A stretch of 64,000 nt of DNA from Candidatus Heimdallarchaeota archaeon (GTDB taxonomy: Archaea; Asgardarchaeota; Heimdallarchaeia; JABLTI01): assembly GCA_018238155.1 (NCBI GenBank), contig JABCTZ010000032.1, positions 256,001 through 320,000 on the forward strand. The letters run 5' to 3'. The position numbers were made by a program, and so were the translations under genes. Under the pieces are notes generated by a model that was not told the DNA's origin, did not search any database, and saw nothing but the letters and a program-made list of their open reading frames with translations. The first letter of the stretch is position 1. The number at the start of each line of letters is the position of its first letter. Shown piece after piece: positions 20,965 through 31,226 of the stretch.

Positions 20965-22410
20965 ATGTCACTCTTCTCATTTGGTCAAGATGCTATAAGC
21001 TATGCATTAAAAGAAGAAGCTGATTATATTGATGTACGAATGGAAAATGCTTTTGAAAATTATGTTGGAATGCGCAATAGAAAATTATGTGGAGTTAACA
21101 CTCAACTTCGTGAGAGTATTGGTGTTAGAATATTGTTCAATGGTTTTTGGGGATTTGCAGCAACTGCTTCTTTAGATACTTCATCTATACGAACAGCTGT
21201 TGAATCTGCACTATTGTGTGCTAAAAAAATTGCTAAAAGGTTTCCTGAAGAAAAGAGCAATTTAGCAGATATGACTGTTAGGAAAACAAGTGTTGCAGAT
21301 GAGTGTGAAAAATCTCCACAGCTAATTGACCCAATTGAAAGAATGGACCTCGTTTCAGATATCAATTCAAGAATTACTACTCGTGTAAAGGATCTTTCTG
21401 TATTAGATATTAAACTAATTGAAAATAATACCCAAAAATTTTTCTTGAATTCAGATGGCACACAAATAGAACAAATTCTCGTAAGAGCAAGTTTGTTTCT
21501 AGGTTCTTCATTGATGGGTTCAAGTACTTTACCAAAAATCTGCTCAGTTGGTTTTGGTGGTGTTGGTGGTATTGAACAATTTCAGACATTGGAATTTGAA
21601 GACCTTCTTACAAAGTTCACTTCAAGTTTACCAAAAATAGCTCAAGCTAAATTAGTAAAACCGACTGAACAACCTGTTATTTTAAATGAGAGGATGGGTT
21701 GGAATTTGTGCCATGAATTTTGTCATGCAGTTGAATCTGATTTAATTTTGGAAGGAAGATCTTCTCTTGGAAATCAAATAGGAACAAAAATTGGTTCCGA
21801 AAAAGTAACTATAATTGACGATGCTAGTTTTAAAGGGTATGGTGAATATTATTTCGATGATGAGGGAGTAAAAGCTTCTGGTACACTTATCGTTGAAGAT
21901 GGAATATTATTTGATGTTTTACAAACAAGAGAAACTGCAGGTGAAATGAGCGCTATTCCTACAAGCAATGGTCGTGCTGAGAGTAGTTTGCATCTACCAT
22001 TAGTGAGGCAAAGTAATACATTCTTTGAGCCAGGGAATTTCTCCTTTGAAGAGTTGCTTGAGAATACTCGTTCTGGATTATTTGTTTGTGATTCCTTCGG
22101 TGGTATTTCTGATACAATACAAGGGAATTTTCAGCTTGATGCTCAATATGGTCGAAAAATCGAGAAAGGAGAACTGGGTGATTATGTCACAAATTTTTCT
22201 TTAGTTGGTAATTTATTCTCTATTTTAGGTTCTATAGATGGAATGAGTAGGGATCTTGGTAGTTACCCTGCTTATTGTAGCAAAGGTGGTCAAAGTGTTA
22301 GTGTTGGTTCTATTTCTCCAAAAGTAAGTTTGAAGACAATTGGCATTATTACAAATATTGCTCACAGACAAACTCGCAAAGTTGATTTCGAGAAAATGAG
22401 GGAAAGATGA
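20965..22410 (+). CDS. tldD: TldD-family metalloprotease subunit
   Basis: YIDVR, GVR....WGFA, HEFCHAVESD, FDDEGV, NGRAES, C.KGGQ. Confidence 0.88.
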   Translation: MSLFSFGQDAISYALKEEADYIDVRMENAFENYVGMRNRKLCGVNTQLRESIGVRILFNGFWGFAATASLDTSSIRTAVESALLCAKKIAKRFPEEKSNLADMTVRKTSVADECEKSPQLIDPIERMDLVSDINSRITTRVKDLSVLDIKLIENNTQKFFLNSDGTQIEQILVRASLFLGSSLMGSSTLPKICSVGFGGVGGIEQFQTLEFEDLLTKFTSSLPKIAQAKLVKPTEQPVILNERMGWNLCHEFCHAVESDLILEGRSSLGNQIGTKIGSEKVTIIDDASFKGYGEYYFDDEGVKASGTLIVEDGILFDVLQTRETAGEMSAIPTSNGRAESSLHLPLVRQSNTFFEPGNFSFEELLENTRSGLFVCDSFGGISDTIQGNFQLDAQYGRKIEKGELGDYVTNFSLVGNLFSILGSIDGMSRDLGSYPAYCSKGGQSVSVGSISPKVSLKTIGIITNIAHRQTRKVDFEKMRER

Positions 22411-22411
22411 G

Positions 22412-23776
22412 ATGCTGGAAGTTATTGGTGAATTAATTCTCAAACACGCTAAAAAAATCGGTATAGACGCTGTAGAAGCTTTTCTTCAAAAGAAATCACT
22501 GAAAAGAATTATTATGAATAAAGGAATAATAAAAAATGTTTCAGAACACGAGTTATCAGGTTTTGCTGTAAGATCAATAATTGATAAACGAATGGGTTTC
22601 GTTTCTTCAAATTCATCAAGCAATATTGAAGCTACAGTTGAGCTTTCACTACAAAATGCAAAGAGCTCACTACAAAAAATTTCAAGAGATTTTGTTGATT
22701 CTAAAACCATTTCTCAAGTAGATAATATTCGAGATAATAATCTTCGAGATTTAACATTGAATGATATAAGTGAGAAACTAATTACTATGCTTGAGTCAAT
22801 TGATTCTTCAAAACCAATTATCAATATTGCCGGTTCAGTATTTGTTGAAACTGAAGAACGTTTGGTTGCTAATTCACAGGGATTGTGGAAAAGAGAGGTT
22901 GGAACACGATTATTTGTAGAACTCGAAACAGCTATTCAAATAGATGATTTCATTGGTGTTGGAACCGGGAACGAATGCTCTCGAGCGTTAGATAAAAATT
23001 GGCAAGCGTTATTTAATTCAACAATTAAAAATGCTTATTCACATCAAGGTAAAAAGAAGCTTTCTCTATCTAAACCTCGAGGGGTAATTTTCAGCTCAGA
23101 AGCAATTGCTCAGATTCTTGCATTTTCATTAATTCCTTCATTCTATTCAACAAATGAGAGTTCACACAGTGAAACAATGAAGAAAAGAAATTTTGCAAAA
23201 GATATTGAATTGATAGATGATCCAACGATTCAAGGTGCTTTGAATACCTTTGGTTTTGATGATGAAGGACATCCTACCAAACCGCAAACGATTATTAGCA
23301 AAGGAAAATGTAAGAACCTATTAGGCATGACCTATGACTGCTCCGAAGAATCCCAAGAAGTAAATTACAGAGGTAATTGTTTTAGAGTTGCTCCTGTAAG
23401 CAGAGAAAGTCGAAGTTATTTATATCCTCCTGTAATCTCTGCGTCAAATTTCATAATGAAATCCTTTGCACCTGTTAAAGATTCCATTTTAGGTTACTTA
23501 TCTGATGGCATCTATGTTAAACGAATTACAGGAGCTCAAGATGCAAATTATTTCTCCGGTGATTTCAACCTCACTGTTACAGAAGGTTACGAAATAAAAA
23601 ATGGTGAAATTATTAATCCAATTTCACCCTGTTTTTGCTCAGGCAATATTTACAAAATCTTGAATGACCCGACTCTAATTTTGGGGAGTAAAACAAAACA
23701 AGTACCAATACTCACTACTCCACTAAATATCATTACTCCTGAATTATTAACTTCAAGAATTACAATTACAGTATAA
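22412..23776 (+). CDS. pmbA: PmbA/TldE-family subunit
   Basis: Directly follows tldD; FDDEGHP, ANYFSGDF, no HExxxH motif. Confidence 0.85.
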   Translation: MLEVIGELILKHAKKIGIDAVEAFLQKKSLKRIIMNKGIIKNVSEHELSGFAVRSIIDKRMGFVSSNSSSNIEATVELSLQNAKSSLQKISRDFVDSKTISQVDNIRDNNLRDLTLNDISEKLITMLESIDSSKPIINIAGSVFVETEERLVANSQGLWKREVGTRLFVELETAIQIDDFIGVGTGNECSRALDKNWQALFNSTIKNAYSHQGKKKLSLSKPRGVIFSSEAIAQILAFSLIPSFYSTNESSHSETMKKRNFAKDIELIDDPTIQGALNTFGFDDEGHPTKPQTIISKGKCKNLLGMTYDCSEESQEVNYRGNCFRVAPVSRESRSYLYPPVISASNFIMKSFAPVKDSILGYLSDGIYVKRITGAQDANYFSGDFNLTVTEGYEIKNGEIINPISPCFCSGNIYKILNDPTLILGSKTKQVPILTTPLNIITPELLTSRITITV

Positions 23777-23827
23777 AAGTAGATTAAGAAAAAATAAATA
23801 AAAAAAGGAAGAATAAGAATTAATCAA

Positions 23828-24478
23828 CTATTCTTTCTTCTCAGCTTTATCAGAGACACCTTTAGATGTTGAAGTTGGTTTCTTTCTAACTCTCTTGATG
23901 ACTCGTTTGGCTCCATCTGGAGCTGCTACTGCTTCTGTTGGAGTAACTTCATCTCCTAATGATTCGGCTAAATCACCTTCAAGTTTTTCTAAAGCTTCTT
24001 CTGGACTTTCCGCAGATTCAGTGGAAACTGATTCACCTTCGAGATCATCTAATTCTGCTAATTCATCTGTAGATAATTCTTCGGCTGTTTCTGCTTCTCT
24101 TTTAGCAATTTCTTCTTGAACTTTCTTTCGTTCTTCTTCAATTTCGATTAATCGTTTTTCTTGAAGAACGTCGTAATCAGCTTTTCTCTTTTCAGCTTCT
24201 TTACGTGCTTTTTTATTTTCCTTGATAGCTTTTAATCGTAATTTTTCTTTTTCGGCTTGTTGTTTTGCGTAATCTTCTTTGAAAACTTTTAATGAAGTGA
24301 TGTTTTCAGAATATTTTGATTTTCTGCGAAGGTCAACAATTATTCCTGCTTCTCTAGCTTCTTTGACTGTAAGTTTTACTGCTGCAAGTTCATCGGTACT
24401 GAAACCTCTTCCTTTACGATGAATATTTCTTCCAGGACTTTCTACTTCTGCTCTAATCTGCATTTTTTGAAACCTCAA
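23828..24478 (-). CDS. rpl13e: 50S ribosomal protein L13e (eL13) with long charged C-terminal extension
   Basis: RKGRGFSTDEL, GIIVDLRRKS..SENI; likely start at ATG 24463 after GAGGT. Confidence 0.85.
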   Translation of the reverse strand: MRFQKMQIRAEVESPGRNIHRKGRGFSTDELAAVKLTVKEAREAGIIVDLRRKSKYSENITSLKVFKEDYAKQQAEKEKLRLKAIKENKKARKEAEKRKADYDVLQEKRLIEIEEERKKVQEEIAKREAETAEELSTDELAELDDLEGESVSTESAESPEEALEKLEGDLAESLGDEVTPTEAVAAPDGAKRVIKRVRKKPTSTSKGVSDKAEKKE

Positions 24479-24556
24479 ATATCGTTATGTTCTTTATCAC
24501 GTTGCTAAATTATTTACCTTTAATTCTTTTGGTGTACTTCTTAATAATAGAAACGT

Positions 24557-25066
24557 TCATTTTTTCTTTAAAGACTGTTCCTCATTTTCATTTGAACTAT
24601 CTTCAGCGTTTTTTTCGACTTGCTTATATTCCACTAGCTTGCTTTTGAACATAGCTAATAGAAGATACGACATTGCAATTCCTGTTGTAATACCTAATCC
24701 AACAGAGCTTGTATAAATAAATAACCAGTTTCCTTGAGTTGGGTCACCGGTACTAAATTTCAGAATTAAAGAGAGTATTAGTGAAATGGCTAACACACTC
24801 ATTGTAAAAAAGAAGAGTATATTCCTATCGAAATTTCTTTCTAATTTCAAAAAGATAAATAAACTTGAAATTGTAAGAATTGCTCCACTTCCAGCACCAA
24901 TGGCAATATACATGAGAACATTCAAAGCGATTTCTTGAGTAAATAAGGCCCAAATAATGACAATGAATAATGCACACATAACTACTAAAGTTAACATTAG
25001 GATTATCGACATAAATCGAGATTCGAAGAGTGCTTTTGCTTTTTCTTGTTTTTCTTCAGATGCCAT
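24557..25066 (-). CDS. 4-TM membrane protein of unknown function
   Basis: Four hydrophobic segments; GGGAG upstream of ATG. Confidence 0.7.
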   Translation of the reverse strand: MASEEKQEKAKALFESRFMSIILMLTLVVMCALFIVIIWALFTQEIALNVLMYIAIGAGSGAILTISSLFIFLKLERNFDRNILFFFTMSVLAISLILSLILKFSTGDPTQGNWLFIYTSSVGLGITTGIAMSYLLLAMFKSKLVEYKQVEKNAEDSSNENEEQSLKKK

Positions 25067-25188
25067 ATGCTTGTCTCCCTATACTTAAAAAAAACATTCA
25101 TTGCGCTTTAAAATTCCTTTCATCAAAATTAGTATCAATTTATTTAAAAAGTTAAACTTAAATCATTGATATTAAAAGAAGAAATCTG

Positions 25189-26442
25189 GTGTTAGTTTTG
25201 TCAAAGAAATCTGTTGATCCTTCAAAAGGAATTGGTGTAAAGTCTAGTAAAATCGTCAAGCAAGAGAATCTTGGAAAAAGAATTGGTACTGCAGTTGTTC
25301 ATGCAGGTGAAGAGATAAACCCTCAAACAAGAGGTGTTGTTTCCCCAATTGATTTTTCAACTACTTTTGCTTATAAAACTGCTAAAGAATGGGCTGAAGT
25401 ATTTTATCACGGAAAAGACGGATTTGCATATTCCCGCCATGGAAACCCAACACGATCAATTTTCGAAAAGAAAATAGCAATACTAGAAAATGGTGAAGCT
25501 GGTATTGGTTTTAGTTCTGGAATGGCTGCGATTTCCTCTGCAATTTTCACTTATTTAGAAACAGGCGATGAAATAGTTATCACTGATCGTTGTTATCCTG
25601 GTACTCGTCACTTATTAAATCAATATTTAAAACGTTGGGGTTTTAAAGTTCATTTTGTTAATGCTGCTAATATTGATAGTGTTAGTGAAAAAATCAATGA
25701 TAGAACAAAAATTGTTTATATGGAATGCCCTGCAAACCCTACCTTATCCTTATGTGATATTGAAGCAACAGTAAAACTAGCAAAAGAAGTTGATGCTAAA
25801 TATTTTTTTGACAACACCTTTGCCAGTCCAATAAATCAACAACCATTGGATTTCGGAGCAGATGTCATTATTCATAGTGTAACAAAATATCTTGGAGGAC
25901 ACAGTGATGTTCTGGGTGGAGCAATTGTTTCTTCTGCAGAAGATCGTGCTGAAATTATGAATACCACTGTTTATTATGGAGGTGTCATGGCGCCATTTGA
26001 TGCTTGGTTAACTATTCGGGGAATAAAAACACTTGAATTACGCATTCAAAGACATAATTTAAATTCCTTAGCTTTGGCTGAATTTTTACAAGATCATCCA
26101 AAAGTCCGAGAGGTTTACCATCCTGGACTTAAGAGTCATCCTCAATATGCTCTTGCTAAAAAACAAATGAAAGGTTTTGGTGGTATGGTGAGTTTCTGTG
26201 TAGGAAAAACCGATACAGATGGTGGAACTTTTCTCAATGCATTAAAAATTGTTAAGCGTGCAAGTAGTCTGGGTAGTGTTGAATCTCTAGCTCAAGCATC
26301 TGGTAGTATGATTTATCTCGAGTTTTCTGAAGAAGAAAAACAAGCAATTGGTATTAATCCAGGCTTTATTCGTTTCTCAACAGGTATTGAAGATAAAGAT
26401 GATCTAATTGAAGATGTTGATCAAGCTTTAAGCAGGATTTAA
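25189..26442 (+). CDS. Cys/Met metabolism PLP enzyme (methionine gamma-lyase / cystathionine gamma-synthase family)
   Basis: YSRHGNPT, SSGMAAI, DNTFASP, HSVTKYLGGHSD, SLGSVESL, RFSTGIED. Confidence 0.93.
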   Translation: MLVLSKKSVDPSKGIGVKSSKIVKQENLGKRIGTAVVHAGEEINPQTRGVVSPIDFSTTFAYKTAKEWAEVFYHGKDGFAYSRHGNPTRSIFEKKIAILENGEAGIGFSSGMAAISSAIFTYLETGDEIVITDRCYPGTRHLLNQYLKRWGFKVHFVNAANIDSVSEKINDRTKIVYMECPANPTLSLCDIEATVKLAKEVDAKYFFDNTFASPINQQPLDFGADVIIHSVTKYLGGHSDVLGGAIVSSAEDRAEIMNTTVYYGGVMAPFDAWLTIRGIKTLELRIQRHNLNSLALAEFLQDHPKVREVYHPGLKSHPQYALAKKQMKGFGGMVSFCVGKTDTDGGTFLNALKIVKRASSLGSVESLAQASGSMIYLEFSEEEKQAIGINPGFIRFSTGIEDKDDLIEDVDQALSRI

Positions 26443-26583
26443 TTTCTTCTTTTTTCTTTAATTATAATGCCTACCTTTAAATATTAAAGAAGCAATAATA
26501 TAGTTAGAGGTCAAACCTTCTATCTCCACCTATTTCACAAGATTATCAATTATTTTTCCAATTTTTGCATCAATATTTATTAG

Positions 26584-27255
26584 GTGAAAAAAATGAGATA
26601 CATATTCGAGCCGGAAATTCTACAAGTTATATGTAAAGAAGTGTTAAAAGATATTGAATACTCAAATTTTGATTCTGAACAAAAGATCAATGAATTATTT
26701 GATAAATTAACTGAAAAATTAGCAAGAGAGTATCCAACTTATATTAAGACAGAAGAACGAAATTGGATCTTTAATAATGCTGGGGGTGCAATGGGCTCAC
26801 TTACGTTATTACATGGATCATTAAAGGAATATCTGATTTTTTTTGGTACGCCTATTGGTACACATGGTCATTCAGGAAGATATCGAAAAGCAGATGTCTA
26901 TGATATAATGTTAGATGGAGAAATGCTATGTTATAATGAAGATAAAATCACTCGAGCAACTTATTTACCTGGTGATATGGCAATTCTAAAACGGAAGTTA
27001 GCAAAAAGCTACCGTATACCTGAAAGAGCTTGGATGTTAGAATATGCACGTGGTGGTATTCCTGCCATGATTAGATTTGGAATAGGCGATAATCTCTATA
27101 GTAATTTTGATTATAAAAGTTCAAATCAGCTCATAAGAAATTATGGTAAAATGGTTTTTAGAAATCTCTTTAAACGAAAGAAGAAAGGAAATATTCCCGT
27201 GAGTGAATTTTATCGGAACCTCATTGCACAAAGTAAAATTGATTCGACAATATAA
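26584..27255 (+). CDS. ERG2 / sigma-1 receptor family protein (C-8 sterol isomerase-like)
   Basis: YIFEPE.L, WIFNNAGGAMG.L.LLH.SL.EYLIFFGTPIGT.GHSGRY, Y.PG, WMLEYARG.IP, D.LYS.FD match the family signature. Confidence 0.88.
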   Translation: MKKMRYIFEPEILQVICKEVLKDIEYSNFDSEQKINELFDKLTEKLAREYPTYIKTEERNWIFNNAGGAMGSLTLLHGSLKEYLIFFGTPIGTHGHSGRYRKADVYDIMLDGEMLCYNEDKITRATYLPGDMAILKRKLAKSYRIPERAWMLEYARGGIPAMIRFGIGDNLYSNFDYKSSNQLIRNYGKMVFRNLFKRKKKGNIPVSEFYRNLIAQSKIDSTI

Positions 27256-27288
27256 TGATATCAACCCATTGAAATTAAATCACTGACA

Positions 27289-28512
27289 CTAAGTTTTTCG
27301 ATTTACATTCATTATTTTTTCTGCTAGTTTTATTGCAGAATTGTAGCCGTTTTCAGCAGATTTAGCTGGGAGAACAATGCTGCAGAATGGATCTCCTTTT
27401 TCAAGTAGAACCTTATAATGTGTTCGATCAACAATCCATTTACTTTTTGGATATTTCAAAACTGGAAACTTTTCTTCAATATCTGAAAATAGAATACCTT
27501 TCACTGAGAAATTATGATATTTGGGTTTCTTAGGTAGTTCATGAAGAATTCCATTAAAAGCATCAATATGTAATTGTACAACATTGTAACCTGTTGCATA
27601 TTCTACACATTCCAAACTTCCTTGAAATCTCGGGTTAATTTCCATAAAGAAGAGTTTTTCATTTTTAATTACGAAATCGATTCCATTTGACCCTTTTAAA
27701 TCTAATTTTAGAAAAACTTCTCTGATATGTTCTAAAGTGTGATCAAGTAATTTAGCTTTTGTTTCTAATTTTTGTAATGGAACAACATTTCCACAGTACG
27801 AAAAATCTCCTGGAGAATTGAAATTGCTATCACCAATGATTTGTTTATTTATTGAAAGTACTTGAACAATATCTTTTGTACAAATAACAGATGAACTTGC
27901 ATCTAAACCATCAATATATTCATGCAACCAAATTTCTTTATCGTAGTTTTCATCTTTCAATTCAAAATATTTCTGCAGATCAGAATAGTTGGACCAATAT
28001 TTTATTCCTGTACCTCCTCCTCCTCCTGAACCTCGAGTAACAAGTGGAAATGGTCTATTTTTCGCTTCCTCAACTAATTCTTCAATATTCATGAAAGATA
28101 AAGAAAATGGAATATCAAAACCCGCATCCTCAGCAATTTTATGCATCGTTTTTCTGTCTCGGGTTAAAGCAAATTTCTCCGGAGAATTTGCATAAACTTT
28201 TGGTCCTAATTGATTGAACTGTTCAATAATTTTCGGGTAGCGATCAAATGCTGATCCAAATAGGATTCCATCAAAATCTTCTTGTTCATCTACCATTATT
28301 TCAGAAAGAATATAGAGATACTCAGGTGGAGAGCGATGCAAATGTCGATGAAGTGTTTGTCCAGGTTTTTGTCTTAAAACAGAGAAACAATTTTTGGATA
28401 TGTTAATTAAATCCATATCTCCAAAGTAATCTGTTGTACCAATATCATAACCTGCTTTTTTAGCTGATTTAGCGATAGGTCTGGCATTGAAGCCCGAAAT
28501 TAAAAACTTCAT
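27289..28512 (-). CDS. ATP-grasp protein (COG2232-like, methanopterin/methanofuran-associated family)
   Basis: G.NARPIA.SA.KAGY, DYFGD.DL, GGGGGTG, YCGN, GSNGIDF, EINPRFQGSLE. Confidence 0.8.
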   Translation of the reverse strand: MKFLISGFNARPIAKSAKKAGYDIGTTDYFGDMDLINISKNCFSVLRQKPGQTLHRHLHRSPPEYLYILSEIMVDEQEDFDGILFGSAFDRYPKIIEQFNQLGPKVYANSPEKFALTRDRKTMHKIAEDAGFDIPFSLSFMNIEELVEEAKNRPFPLVTRGSGGGGGTGIKYWSNYSDLQKYFELKDENYDKEIWLHEYIDGLDASSSVICTKDIVQVLSINKQIIGDSNFNSPGDFSYCGNVVPLQKLETKAKLLDHTLEHIREVFLKLDLKGSNGIDFVIKNEKLFFMEINPRFQGSLECVEYATGYNVVQLHIDAFNGILHELPKKPKYHNFSVKGILFSDIEEKFPVLKYPKSKWIVDRTHYKVLLEKGDPFCSIVLPAKSAENGYNSAIKLAEKIMNVNRKT

Positions 28513-29129
28513 TGAGAACCAGTCTCTATTTGAGCTATTTTTTCATTTATTTTATTAAAAGTATCCAATCCAGCTTCAAATAATTTGGTAAAACCCGGAA
28601 TAGTTCTATCTCTGAAAAGAAGGAGCTGTTCCATCAATTGAAATTGTAACATAGCTTGCTCTGTAAATAACTTTGTATGAATTACAATGTAATCTTCAAC
28701 AATATGTTCTATTTCAACTAATGCGATTCCTAATAGTTGCATTATTCCTTTAAATTCTCCAAGAGATTTAGCTTTTTCTAGTTTCTTTATATTATAATAT
28801 ATTAATTGGAGTTTTTGGTCATAGTTTGATCGCAATCGAAGTAAAACAACTAAATTTTTAAAAAAACCCTCTAACATTCCAATTAGTTCAACATCAGTTT
28901 CAAGTTTGTTTGTGAATACTCCATTATTTTTCGTCCTTTTTCCATCAGAATATACTAAAGATGGAAGAACTTCTGCTGTATCTCTTAATATCTCTGTTAG
29001 AACACAAAGTGATTCTTTCAGTTCAACGAGTAGCAACATATCCTTCTTACTTTTTGTCACCTTTTTAGCTTTTTTAGTAAGAGTTTGCTTTTTGGATTTA
29101 CTACTCTTTTTCTTTGTTGACACAGACAA
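28509..29129 (-). CDS. Hypothetical helical protein with Lys-rich N-terminus
   Basis: 206-aa ORF whose stop overlaps the start of the ATP-grasp gene (ATGA-type overlap). Confidence 0.65.
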   Translation of the reverse strand: MSVSTKKKSSKSKKQTLTKKAKKVTKSKKDMLLLVELKESLCVLTEILRDTAEVLPSLVYSDGKRTKNNGVFTNKLETDVELIGMLEGFFKNLVVLLRLRSNYDQKLQLIYYNIKKLEKAKSLGEFKGIMQLLGIALVEIEHIVEDYIVIHTKLFTEQAMLQFQLMEQLLLFRDRTIPGFTKLFEAGLDTFNKINEKIAQIETGSQ

Positions 29130-29279
29130 ACAACCTTCCGATTTAATGAACGTACTATTTCAATAAAGTATTTAGATGATTTGTAACGTTCTATAAGCTA
29201 TACAATCAATTAAATCCTTAGGAATAGCTAAAACCTAAAAAGGTTTCACTTCCTAAGTAAGTACAAAAATAAAAATTAG

Positions 29280-30143
29280 GTGCAAATAATAATGATACGC
29301 CAACCCGCTGTTGCAGGATCATTTTACCCAAAAACAGAATCTCGATTAATTGAGATGATTGAACAGTGTTTCAAAGATAGTAAAATCGGTCCAGGTGAAT
29401 TGCCAAATAAGACCAATGTTCCATCAAGGAAAGGTGAAATAGCTGGATTCATTGCTCCCCATGCTGGTTACATTTATTCGGGTCCCGTTGCCGCTCATGC
29501 ATATTTAAAACAGTATAAAGATGGGAAACCAGAATTCTTTGTTATAATAGGTCCTAATCACAGAAATATTGGCCCTCCTATAAGTGTTTATTCTGATGAT
29601 GCTTGGAACACTCCATTAGGCAATGCGAAAATCCCTAAAGAAATTGTTGAGAAAATTGTAAAGCAACCATACTTCCGAGCAGATACTGCAGCACATATGC
29701 TGGAACACAGCATTGAAGTTCATGTACCCTTTTTACAGTATCTCTATGGTGGAGATGTACCAATTATTCCAATATGTGTTAAAGATCAAAGTAAAGAGAT
29801 GAGTGAAAGAATTGGATTGGTTTTAGCAAAAGTATTAGCTGATTACGATTATTGTCTGATTGCTAGTACAGATTTAACTCATTTTGAAAGTGCGGACTCC
29901 GCAATATCTAAGGACCAATTTGCAATTCAAAAGATAAAACGAATGAATGCAAGTGGCTTAATTGATACTGTTGAAGAATATCAGATTACTATGTGTGGAC
30001 CAGGACCAGTAGCTGCAGTATTGACTGCGCTAAAAAAGAGTGGTTCTAAAGAGGTCGAAATTCTAAAATATTCCACAAGTGGTGACATTACAGGTGATAA
30101 AAGTTCAGTAGTTGCTTATCTTTCAGCAATAATTAAAAAATAA
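29280..30143 (+). CDS. AmmeMemoRadiSam system protein B / MEMO1 family
   Basis: RQPAVAGSFYP, PHAGYIYSG, GPNH, EHSIEV, ASTDLTH, TMCGPGP, SVVAY. Confidence 0.93.
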   Translation: MQIIMIRQPAVAGSFYPKTESRLIEMIEQCFKDSKIGPGELPNKTNVPSRKGEIAGFIAPHAGYIYSGPVAAHAYLKQYKDGKPEFFVIIGPNHRNIGPPISVYSDDAWNTPLGNAKIPKEIVEKIVKQPYFRADTAAHMLEHSIEVHVPFLQYLYGGDVPIIPICVKDQSKEMSERIGLVLAKVLADYDYCLIASTDLTHFESADSAISKDQFAIQKIKRMNASGLIDTVEEYQITMCGPGPVAAVLTALKKSGSKEVEILKYSTSGDITGDKSSVVAYLSAIIKK

Positions 30144-30174
30144 TTAACTTTAGAATTCTTGTAGTACAAGAACT

Positions 30175-30543
30175 CTAACTTTCAACTTTTTCTTCGGTTA
30201 AATTCTCAAAAAATGAATCTCGTTCTTCATTAGACATGGTTCGGTCTAAATATAACCACACTTTTGATTTCCATCCACAATCTTGACAGACACATACTGG
30301 ATAGCTATTAAAAATACCCATTTCCTTTATAAAGTCAATTTCCTTAATACGCAAACTAAAGCACTTAGGACAAATTCTGATATCTGGTCCACCCTTTTGT
30401 TTTAATTTATCTAATTCTTCTGCTAAAGCGCCGATTTTTACAATATTCTCACTTTTTGCTTCTTCTTCTTCTGTTTTTATTTCTTCTTCCTCAACAACTA
30501 TTGTTGGTTGATCATTGTATTCTTCTTTTTCTTCTTCAGACAT
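30175..30543 (-). CDS. Small zinc-ribbon protein with acidic N-terminus
   Basis: CPKC...CQDC. Confidence 0.7.
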   Translation of the reverse strand: MSEEEKEEYNDQPTIVVEEEEIKTEEEEAKSENIVKIGALAEELDKLKQKGGPDIRICPKCFSLRIKEIDFIKEMGIFNSYPVCVCQDCGWKSKVWLYLDRTMSNEERDSFFENLTEEKVES

Positions 30544-30854
30544 TTTTATTGTACTCCAAAATTGTTTAGAAATAGGGTATAGATTTTTTTATCTTCTCAT
30601 AATTAAAAAAAATTGCTATTCTGGTGATATTCAGCAAGAGGTGAATTTCTTTTTTGTCATTTTCAGCCAAAAAGAATCGGCTTTACTTAAACTCTTATTA
30701 AATATATATACTGATTAATGTTTTAATTAATTCTCTGTAAATACAAAATCCTTTTATCATTATTCAAAGTGCTGTTAAACTTGTTACACTATTATGAATG
30801 CGCGTATGATAGTGTTTCCTATTCGGATGACTTTAAAGGAGGTCTCTTACAAGT

Positions 30855-31226
30855 TTGGATAGAAATGGCTTATCAGATATCGAGGTAAAACAGAGGATAG
30901 AAAATTATTTGGATAAACGAGGAGTAAAATACCGGAGAAATGTTCCATTTGGCAATCGTAAAAAACTAAATTATGTCTTTACTAATGATCATGGTGAAAC
31001 AGTAGGTGTATATTTATTGCTATGGTGGCGACCAGTAACTTATAGGACAATATTTGATTTAATAGATTGGTCCAATGAGGAAGAAATTCATCGATTAATC
31101 TTAGTTTGCAGAATAATGGGGGAAAGGGCTCGAGAAGTTATGCATAAAGAGCCCAGTAATGTAAGTTATATTTTAGAGTCTCGTTTTAGACGAGATGATT
31201 ATAATCCGCTGCTTGCAGCTTTTTAG
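30855..31226 (+). CDS. Small restriction-endonuclease-like (Mrr/PD-(D/E)XK) fold protein, probably inactive
   Basis: Spacing E...I..YL..G.KY.RNV.F, W.RPV, LILV resembles Mrr-type folds; GGAGG RBS upstream of TTG. Confidence 0.5.
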   Translation: MDRNGLSDIEVKQRIENYLDKRGVKYRRNVPFGNRKKLNYVFTNDHGETVGVYLLLWWRPVTYRTIFDLIDWSNEEEIHRLILVCRIMGERAREVMHKEPSNVSYILESRFRRDDYNPLLAAF

